Positions 8,711 through 17,393 of a stretch of DNA of 64,000 bases are shown piece by piece (position 1 is the first letter of the stretch; each line of letters begins with the position of its first letter). Origin of the DNA: Acidobacteriota bacterium (GTDB lineage: Bacteria > Acidobacteriota > Thermoanaerobaculia > Multivoradales > UBA5704). The notes under the pieces were generated by a model. That model saw only the letters and a list, made by a program, of their open reading frames with translations, was not told the origin of the DNA and made no database searches. Position numbers and translations under genes: made by a program. The stretch lies in assembly GCA_040005235.1 (NCBI GenBank), contig JBDTZG010000008.1, forward strand, positions 1 to 64,000. The letters run 5' to 3'.

Positions 8711-11230
8711 TCATCGCGCGAGCTCCGCGGCGCCGACCGGCGCGAGGAATCGAAGCATCAGGATCAGGCGCGCGAACGCCTGGACGGCGTCGATAAGGGC
8801 TTCCAGGATTTGCGGGAAGTAGACGATCGTCACCGCCAGCAGGAGCGCGAGCGCGGCGGCGAATGCGATGACGTGGACCGGCAGCCAGGCCGGCACGAGG
8901 GACTTGACGCAGTTGACCAGCGCGCCTCCCGCCGTGCCGCCCGAAATGAGGTAGCCGGCCGCTCCGGAGACGGGATCTTCGATCACATAGCCCGCGCCGC
9001 GCCAGATCCCGAAGTCGACATTGCGTTCGGGCACGAGCGCGATCCGCCCTTGCTGAACCGCGTTGGCGACGTCGGTCTCGACCGCCGCTGAAAGCTCGAG
9101 GTGCGGCAGCACTGCGGCGAGGTTGTCTCGCGTCACGCGATAGAGCGGAATTCCCTGCACGGCAGCCGCGCCGAGCAGCGAGACCGCGGAGAGGCCGCCC
9201 GTTCCCGAGTCGGGATCGCGCGGCTCCTCCAGCCGCTCGAAGATCGCCCCCTCGAGATACGAGGCGATGAAACCGGCCTGACGGCGGGCGCCCGCCGCCG
9301 TCCTCGCGTCGGCCGCCGCGGCATCGACGCTCAACAGCTGCAGGTCCATGGCGTGGCTGCTGTACGTGCCGGAAAACGGCACGCCGTAGAGAGTCGAAAC
9401 CGAAAGCGGCGCCGAAAAGAGCCCCACCGACGGTTGGTGGACCAAGCGGGCACCGAGCGCCCGGGCCGCGGCGTCCGCGAACGTTGCGAACGCCGCGAAA
9501 TATTGCAGCTGGGCCTGGTGCAGGTACTCCGCGGCGTCGGCCACCGGATGGCTCGCCAGCCTTCGCTCGGCGCTCGCGGTTTGGATCTCGCCAGCTTGGG
9601 CGCCCACCACGATTTCGTCTCCGGCGGTGACGGTAAACGGCACGCGCTCCGAGCCCGACGGCCCGCGAAGGGTGGCGTCCAGCAGGTAGGCGCTCCCCAT
9701 CGGAAACGGCGCGCCGGAGGCCAAGAGGGCGCCGTCCAGCTCGACCCGAGGAACCACCCGCACGAGATAGATCGGCAGCGCCGCCGCTCCCGTCGCGCGC
9801 GCCGTGGCGAGGATCTGCTCGTCGAGGGGGCTCGCCGGGACGAAGCGGACGCTCAATCGGCGGCTGGCGAGCGCTGGAAACGAGATCGACGCGACGAACG
9901 CCCGCCGCCCCGCCGCCCGGTCGAACGCGGAGGCGAACCCCTCCAGGCTGAGCGTCTGCCGCAGCGAGGCCGGCAGAGCTGCGGCCCTGACGTCGGTGCG
10001 CACCACGCGGTAGGGGAGGGAGCCGGGCAGGATCGAGCGGTTCTCGGCCCGCACGGCCTGCCCTCCCACGAGCGCATCTACGCCCGCCGGCACCTGATGG
10101 CTCGCAAGAAACGTCAGCGTGTCCTTGAGCCAGGTTTCGATCCGCGGCGAGAGGGCGCGATCATCGAATTCGGTCGCCCGACCGAGCGACTCATCGACCG
10201 AAAAGAGGTGATCGCCCGGCTGGATGATGTCGGCGATGGGCGGCGCCCCTACCCAGGAAAGCGGCGGGGCGAAGGCGTGCACCTTCCACGCCGCGTCGAG
10301 CGGCAGCCAGGTGTCGCCCGCGCCATGCGCCGCGCCGCGGCCGGGAACGTAGTCCACGTAGGCCTCGATCCAGGTGTGCTCGAACTGCAGACGCTCCTCG
10401 CCGCCGAGGGTCTGGGCGCTCGCGGCGATCCCTCCGGCCTGGGCGAGCTGCTGCGCCATCAACGTTGAAGACATCCCGCCGAAGGCGTCGCGAGCCTCGG
10501 CGCCCGAAGTGTTGGCCACCCCCAAGACGTAGCGGGCGGGGACCCCGGCGGCGCGAAGCAGCGCGATCAAGAGGCTCGCCGTATCCATCGCGTTGCCGCG
10601 CCGCGATTCGAGCGTCGCCTGCGACCCCTGCACCGCGCCGAACGTCGGCACGAATTCCACTTCGTTCTTCACCCATTCGTAGATCCGGCGCGGATCGTTG
10701 CCGAGCGAAGCGGCAAGCGCGCGGATCTCGTCGGTGAGCTGCACCTCTTCGGTCGGCGCGAGGTCGGCCGGGGTGGGTGGGGCGGCGCGGAGCACCCCGG
10801 CGGCGGTCCCGGTGGCTCCGAGGGTGGCCGCAAGCGCCGCGAAACGCTCTCCCGGCGCGCGCTTCACCTGACGCAGCGAACGGAACGGCAGGCGTTGTGG
10901 ATCGAGCGAGCGTGCTAGAGGGGCGTCGGCGCTCAGCCGGCCTTCGGCCACCGAACGGATTTTCGCCACCGCCGCCGCGTGACGAGCAAACGCCGCGGGA
11001 GGAAGCTTCGCCCGCCGTGCCCACGCCTCGAACGTCGCCATCTCGGACATCGCCGTGCCCACGCTCTCGGCCTTGCCGTCTTTGCCTTCTTTTAAGTCCG
11101 CTGCCACCACCCCTCGCCGCGCCTCGGCGGCCCGAGCCATCGCCCAGCCTTCGCCGGCTGTCGCCCAGGTCAGGCATGCCGCCACCACGACCGCCGTCGA
11201 GCGGCGAAACGATCGATCTTTGCATCGCAT
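8711..11230 (-). CDS. Large secreted transglutaminase-like domain protein (catalytic Cys replaced by Ala)
   Basis: IYEWVKNEVEF, RRGNAMDTASLLIALLRAAGVPARYV, HTWIEAY, WLPLDA; late GYVIEDP..GAAGYLISGG motif; AAGGAG RBS before ATG 11230. Confidence 0.85.
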   Translation of the reverse strand: MRCKDRSFRRSTAVVVAACLTWATAGEGWAMARAAEARRGVVAADLKEGKDGKAESVGTAMSEMATFEAWARRAKLPPAAFARHAAAVAKIRSVAEGRLSADAPLARSLDPQRLPFRSLRQVKRAPGERFAALAATLGATGTAAGVLRAAPPTPADLAPTEEVQLTDEIRALAASLGNDPRRIYEWVKNEVEFVPTFGAVQGSQATLESRRGNAMDTASLLIALLRAAGVPARYVLGVANTSGAEARDAFGGMSSTLMAQQLAQAGGIAASAQTLGGEERLQFEHTWIEAYVDYVPGRGAAHGAGDTWLPLDAAWKVHAFAPPLSWVGAPPIADIIQPGDHLFSVDESLGRATEFDDRALSPRIETWLKDTLTFLASHQVPAGVDALVGGQAVRAENRSILPGSLPYRVVRTDVRAAALPASLRQTLSLEGFASAFDRAAGRRAFVASISFPALASRRLSVRFVPASPLDEQILATARATGAAALPIYLVRVVPRVELDGALLASGAPFPMGSAYLLDATLRGPSGSERVPFTVTAGDEIVVGAQAGEIQTASAERRLASHPVADAAEYLHQAQLQYFAAFATFADAAARALGARLVHQPSVGLFSAPLSVSTLYGVPFSGTYSSHAMDLQLLSVDAAAADARTAAGARRQAGFIASYLEGAIFERLEEPRDPDSGTGGLSAVSLLGAAAVQGIPLYRVTRDNLAAVLPHLELSAAVETDVANAVQQGRIALVPERNVDFGIWRGAGYVIEDPVSGAAGYLISGGTAGGALVNCVKSLVPAWLPVHVIAFAAALALLLAVTIVYFPQILEALIDAVQAFARLILMLRFLAPVGAAELAR

Positions 11231-11258
11231 ATCGGGTTCTCTCCTTGAGTGTCGCTCT

Positions 11259-14200
11259 CTAGTTGCAGGCGGTCGAATCGAACAGCGTGCCCTGGTCGAC
11301 GCATTCGCCGTGGCCGCCGTTCGAGTGGCGAACGCAGACGGTGACCTCGCCGTCGCAGGCGCCGCCTTTCGGGTCGAGCGCGCGGAAACGGATGTGGTAG
11401 ACCCGGCCGTCGCCATTGCCGCGTCGCTCGGAGCGCACCTGGGCCGTGGCCGTGCCGATGCCCCGGCCGTCCGGGCAGGTCGAGCCGTCCGAGGTCGGGT
11501 CGGTCGGCTCGTCCTGGCGGATCGACAGGACCCCCACGGTGAGGGAATCGCCGTCCGGGTCGGTCACGCCCTGGATTCCGATCGAATGGAAATCGTGGTT
11601 CGGCGGCCAGAGCGAGGCCTCGGACGGCCGGGCCGCGGCGCACTGCGGGTTCTGGTTGGGAACGGGCCGCACTTCGAGCGTGGCGCTCGCGAGCGTCTGC
11701 GCTGGAGAACCTCCCGCGAGCCGAGCGGAGAGGGTCGCGAGATAGACCTTCGGCGCGAGGCCCGTGGTCGGCAGCTGAAGCGCGTCCGTGCGGCTCGTCC
11801 CGGGAAGGATCGCGATCGTTTCTCCGACCCGCCGCGCCACCTCGCCGCTTTGCAGGTCGATCACCGCGACTTCGAGCGCGAGACCGGCGAGCGGGGCGTT
11901 GCCTTGATGGACGATTCCCACTTGGGCGACGGCGGGCGAACCCGCGAGCACGCTCGCCGGATTGATTGAGAGGCTTCCGTGGAGTCCGGCGCCGGTCGCC
12001 GCCGAGCTTTCGACCGCGAAGGCCCGGGAGCAGATCGCGATCGGCGCAGTGCCGGCCGGGCCGGTCGTGATCGCGATCTCGGCGAGATAGGTTCCTGGGT
12101 TGAATCCCGCGAGCGGCACCGAGTCGTCGATTTGGAGCGCGCTCTCGGGCGCCATCGCGGCGAGATTCTGAGCGGTCGAAAAGAGCGGCGTGCCGCCCGC
12201 CAAGGGCCGCACTTCAAACTTCGCGGAGAGCCCCGCGAGGGTCGAGCCCACGGTCAGGTTACGCACGGCGGTCGAGAAGCGCGCGAGGTCGGTCGGGGCA
12301 TAGCTCGGCCGGTCGGCGAACAGCGAGCAGGCGACCGAGGTGGCCGGGATCTCGTCCGGCGTCGCCGCGTTGCAGTCGTCGTTCTTGCCGTTGCCCGGAA
12401 TCTCCACGGCGGCCAAATTCACCGTCGGGTCGTGGTCGTCGCAGTCGATCCCTTCCGGATCGCCGTCGCCGTCGGCATCGACCGGCGGCACGGGCACCGC
12501 GAGGCATTGGAACGAAACCGGGATGGTGCCGAGAGATAGACCCGTGCCGGCGTCCGCGAACCGGAGGGTGAAGCTGCCGCTCTGCGGCTGGCCGGTCCCG
12601 TCGAACGTCACGTCGAAGCGAGCCTGGCCGCCGGGCAGCAGGCCCGGCCGGGACGCCGGGGCAAAGCTCACCGCCGTGCCCGCGGGCGCGCCGACCGCGG
12701 CGATCGAGACGTCGCGCGGATGCGGCTGGCCGCCTGCCCGCTGGACGGTCTGGCGGACCGCGTCGGCGATCATCGTCGAGCCGGGATCCGCACCGAAACG
12801 AAAGTTCGAGACCAGGGGCAATCCGGTCGAATCGACCGCGCCCGTGAGCTTGGAAATCGCCGACAGGAAATTGGAGGGGTTGTTGGTCCCGACCGTCGGG
12901 TTGGGAAACACGGTGAACGCCGGAAACATCAGGCCCAGCACGCTGATGCCGCGGGTTTGCAGCTCCGCCATGGCCGCCGGCACCGTCGCGGCGCGGCGCC
13001 ACGGCGGTAGCAACGGTGTTGCCGGTGAGCGAAAGCGAATTGCTGACGAAGCCGATCCGCCGCCGCGGTCCGAAGCTGACGTCGTCGATGCAGGTGAACG
13101 GCCGATTCGAGACCACCACGCCGCCGACGCCGGTCAGACTGTCGGGAATCGGCAGAGCCGGGTCATAGGCCGCGAGCGGGCACCAGTCGGAAAAGAGCAC
13201 CACGATCGAGAGCGCGCCGTCGCGGAAACCGACTCCGCCGCGCGTGCCGGAGGAGGGGGCGACGTTCGAGCTGAACGCGGGAATGTCGCCGCTCGATCCC
13301 GGCGAGCTGATCGTCAGCAGGGCGCCCGCGGGACCGCTGCCGAGCGTCGAGCCATTGCCGTCGCCGTCGAACCCGGCGCCCGTGGCAATCTGCCAGAGCG
13401 CTTCGTGAGCGCTGAGCGTCCGGGCGGAGGACGGGGGATCCCGCTGGATCGCCGCCGCGAGGAGCGACGAGAAGTTGGGAATCTCGGGGGTGATGATCGG
13501 CTGAAGCAGGGTGAAGGCTCGCCGGGTCGGCAGGTCGTCGGTGGAAAAGGCCGGTTGCGGCCCGCCGAAGTTGCCGTACTGACCGACGCCGAACCCGACC
13601 GACACGCCCGGCAGCGCGCTCTGCACCCGGGGGACCGTCTGGGTGAGTGTCGCGACCAACTCCGGATAGGTGCCGCCGACGGAGAAGTTGAGCCGGCTGG
13701 TGAGGAAGAAGACGTCGACCTTGTCGATCGCTGAACCGGTGGGCAGAGTGAGCGTCACCGGTACGGTCTGCGGCTGGCCGGCGCAGAACGCGGAGGTCGA
13801 ATCGAACGACAGCGTCGGAGGATCGACGACGCCGGTCGAGGCGCACTCATTGGTATTGAGCCCGCAGGTGGCGGTGCAGCCGAGGCTGCCGCCGCCGAGC
13901 CCCAGGCTGTCGCAGCTCCGGCCGCCGAAGTCGGCTCCGTCGCACAACTCGCCCGGCCGATTGATCACCCCGTCGCCGCAGAACGGGGCCACCGTGCAAT
14001 GCGCGGTGTCGAAGCCGCAGGTGGCGGAACAGCCGAGGATGCCCGCGCCGAGCCCGAACGAGCCGCAGGTACGCCCGCGAAGGTCGAGCCCGTCGCAGGC
14101 CTCGATCGGCGGTTCGGCCACCCCATCGCCGCAGAACGGCGCCGCGGCCAAGGCGTGAAACGCCCGAAGCGCGAGGGCGGTCGTGAACGGATCGCGGCTC

Positions 14201-15060
14201 CAGCCGCCGTCAGGCTGCTGCGCGGTGGAGAGAAACGCCGAGATCGGCCGCGGATCGGCCCCGCCACCGTCGACCCGCAGAGCGCCCGCCGCCGCGAGAC
14301 CCAGCGCGGCGGAAGCGGTTCGCACAATCCGCGCCGAACCGGCCCCCGCGTCCGGTGCGCCGGGCGAGCCAAAGCCGCCGTCCGGGTTCTCCTGCGAGCG
14401 CAGGTAGGCGATCGCCCGGGCGATCTGCGGCTCGACGTAGAACTGCCCGCCGAAGCGGGCCAAAGCAGAGACCGCAAGTCCCGTGCAATAGATTTCGCTG
14501 TCGGCCGGCTGATCGGCCACGGTCACGCAGGGCCAACCGCCGTCGGCGTTCTGGAGCGACAGGAACGCGAGGAACGCCTCCGAAAGCTCCGGCAGGGCAA
14601 GAATAGGTTGCTGGGCGAAGGCTTCGAGAGCGAGCGCGGAGTCGAGCGGATCGTTCCCGTAGCGGGAGGCGAGCCCCCATCCCCCCTCGGAATCCGCCGC
14701 CGTCGCAAGGTCGGCCGCGAGCGAAGCGACGTTTCGCCCTTCGAGCCCGAGCGCCACGATCCGCCGCGCCCGGTCGTCGCTGTCCTCGATCGGAGCGAGC
14801 GAAAGAAAATCCCCCGCCGCCGCTCGCGCGCCCGACGGGATCCCCAGATCCTGAAGCGCCCGAAGGGCCTCCGTCGTCGCCTGCGTCGGCCGGACCTCCG
14901 CGCTGTTCCATCGCCCGTCGCCCGCCTGGCCGGCGACCAGAAACGCCACCCCCCGCGCCTCGGTCTGAGCCGCCGCCGCCGCGGCGAGCATCACGCCGCC
15001 GAGAAACAACCCCCCTGTGATCCCCAGCGCCCGCCTTCGCTCCGTCGTTCCTGTACGCAT
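11259..15060 (-). pseudogene. Giant secreted multidomain surface protein (prenyltransferase/squalene-oxidase-type repeats, Cys-rich repeats, vWA-like, DxDGDG motif, Ig/CARDB-like, LWPPNH domain) with a frameshift near 12995
   Basis: ORF 12259..15060 reads well to '...GNTVATAVAP'; ORF 11259..13013 continues 'AATVPAAMAELQTRGISVLGL'; QNADGGW/QQPDGGW repeats, two CGDG...CDG repeats, DADGDGDPEGIDCDD. Confidence 0.75.
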
Positions 15061-15503
15061 TCTCCGAGCCTCCCGAGCCGATCGATCCTGCCGCTCGGGG
15101 GGAAAGGCGCAGATGGCTCAAAAAGGGGGCCAAGGGGCTGTCCTCCGAAACTCGGCGCAGCATCATCAACGGTGTCGGATCCGGTGGCCAACGCACAGGC
15201 GGCGATCAGAAGATCCATCGGCCCGATGCGTTGGCCGCGTCGGGTCAAGTCTTGCTTGATGGCTGCGAACTCCTTGGCAGCCTTAAGATCGAAGGCGAGT
15301 TTCTCCAAAGGAGACAGAAAGAACTCTAGCCGCTCGCGGTTGGCCTCGGGGCGCGAGGAGTGAAGCGCGCCGAAGCGAAGCTCCGCCTCGGTGATGGTTG
15401 AGATCGCGACCTCGCTTGCGGGCAACTCACGAAGCTGAGCAATGCCCCGAGGAAGCCGCCCATTCATCAGGTAGATGCATACGTCTGTATCGAGGACGAT
15501 CAC
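14991..15503 (-). pseudogene. vapC: VapC PIN-domain toxin with aberrant C-terminus
   Basis: IVLDTDVCIYL, AISTITEAELRFG, IGPMDLLIAACAL; the expected LVTxN..EF tail is absent and the frame runs into the next gene. Confidence 0.75.
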
Positions 15504-15507
15504 GATC

Positions 15508-15750
15508 CTAATCGAGGACTGGTCGGTCGCGCTCCGGACCTGCTGTTCTGATGTCGGCGAGAATTTCGTCCGGAGTACGCTCGTCTTCCCAGGTTCCCAA
15601 AACGGCGAAAAATGATTCGGGAAGAGATGAAGAGAATCGATCCCGCAGCGTCTCTCCGACGACTTGCGACGGCGAGACTCCCTTGGACCTCGCGGATCTC
15701 TCGATCCGGAGAGCCAGGTCGTCGTCAAGTTCGATGGCCAAGCGGGTCAT
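15508..15750 (-). CDS. vapB: VapB-type antitoxin (RHH/CopG-like)
   Basis: 80 aa, MTRLAIELDDDLALRIERSAR..GVSPSQVV, LGTWED; directly upstream of PIN toxin. Confidence 0.8.
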   Translation of the reverse strand: MTRLAIELDDDLALRIERSARSKGVSPSQVVGETLRDRFSSSLPESFFAVLGTWEDERTPDEILADIRTAGPERDRPVLD

Positions 15751-15808
15751 TTCATGGGAAGTATAACTCCTGCTGCCTCCTCGAGGGTCAGGCGCTGATC
15801 GCGATCCC

Positions 15809-17309
15809 CTACTGGAAGTATCCCAGCACATCCATCACCAGGTGGGTCGCACCGCCCGCTCCGATGCCGCAGAAGACGTCGAACTGGCCGGCCGGCGAGA
15901 GCGCGATGACCGCGTTGTTGGTGCGCACCTGGCCAGCCGAGAAGTTGATCGACGAGACCGTCGGTAGATCCTGGCCGGAAGGGAAGATGCGCAGGTCGCC
16001 GGGGGCCGTGGGAGACACGACGGTCAGATTGGTGGCGATCGCCGAGGCGCCGCTCGGGATTCCGCATCGTCCCGGCGCGAGGTAGGAACGGGTCGAGGTT
16101 CCGGCCAGCGCCGGGCCGCCGAAAGGGCCGTTTGGATCGCGGGTGTCGAGCAGACGGCAGGGCATGACGCTGAAGTACGCCTTGGGCGGTCCGACGACCT
16201 CGATCTCGATCGCGTCCGGCGCGGAAAAGGCGAAGTTGTTGTCGCGAGTGCGCAGGCTCGCGCTGTAGGTGCCGGCCGTGGTGTAGGTGTGCATCGTCGT
16301 CGCCCCGGCCGTTGCGGTCTCGAGAGTCCCGTCGCCGAAGGTCCAGAAGTAAGTGAGCGTGTTGCCCGCGTCCGGGTCGCTCGATCCGGCGCCGGAGAAG
16401 TTGACCAACAGGGGCGCCACGCCCGCGGTCGGCACCGCGCCGATAGATGCGATCGGCGGGTTGTTGCCCGCAACCTCAGGCCGCCGCCGGTGAAAGTGGT
16501 GTAGTAGAGCGCCCGGGTGGTGCCGAACGGTCCGAAGCGGAGGTCGACCGCCGAGCCGCCGCCCAGATTCGTCGCGAAGTCGGCGGCGGAGGCGAACGGG
16601 CCGGGGCCGTTGGCACCCGCGAGGCGAAAGATCCGTTCGTATGGGCGCCCTCGCGGCAATTCCAGCCGAAATCGGCGCCCGACTGGCCGAGGTCGATCTC
16701 TTCCCAAGAGCCCTCGCCCACGTCGTTGATGAAGAAGCGCGTCCCCGCCGGATTCGGGTCGAACGCGAGGCGAAACGGGTTGCGGTGACCCCAGGAGTAG
16801 GTTTCCTGGCACTTGTTGCCCGCGGTCGTTCCGCCGGTCACGTTACAGCGCGTGGTGCCCGCGCCCTGGAATGGATTGCCGGTCGGAATGCCGCCGTCCT
16901 TGGTGATCCGCACCACCTTGCCGGTCAGGGTGAACTGATCGCGCGACGCGTTATTGGTCCCCTGGCAGCCGCCGCCCGCGTAGTTGCAGCCGCCGTCGCC
17001 GATCGTGATGTACAGGTTGCCGTCCTTGCCGAACTGGACGTCGCCCGCGTTGTGGTTGCCGGCGGTGGAAGGCATGTTGTCGACCAGCACGGTTTCGGTC
17101 GCCAAGTCGACCGTGTTGTTGTCGGCGAGCACGAAGCGCGAGACCCCCTGGCGTGTGACCAACAAGCGCCCGTCGGGCGTGAAATCGATCGCGGTTGGCC
17201 CGGCGGTCGCGGTGACCAACTCATCGACGAAGTTGGCGGGCAAGGCGGCGAAAGAGGCCGCGCCCGAGAGGCAGGAAGCGGCTGCCAGCAGTAGGATGGT
17301 CGGTCGCAT
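15809..17309 (-). pseudogene. Decayed tandem paralogue of the PQQ-dependent sugar dehydrogenase-PKD protein
   Basis: Near-identical blocks to 17394..19907 (DNMPSTAGNHNAGDVQFGKDG, SWGHRNPFR, SSDPDAGNTLTYFWTFGDGT) spread over three frames with missing segments. Confidence 0.85.
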
Positions 17310-17393
17310 CCACAACACCTCCGCGCGAGGGCGAACGACGCGCTTCCGCGTCGCCGTTCGCCGGTCATTCGAGATTCGCCTGGTGCCACCCCG

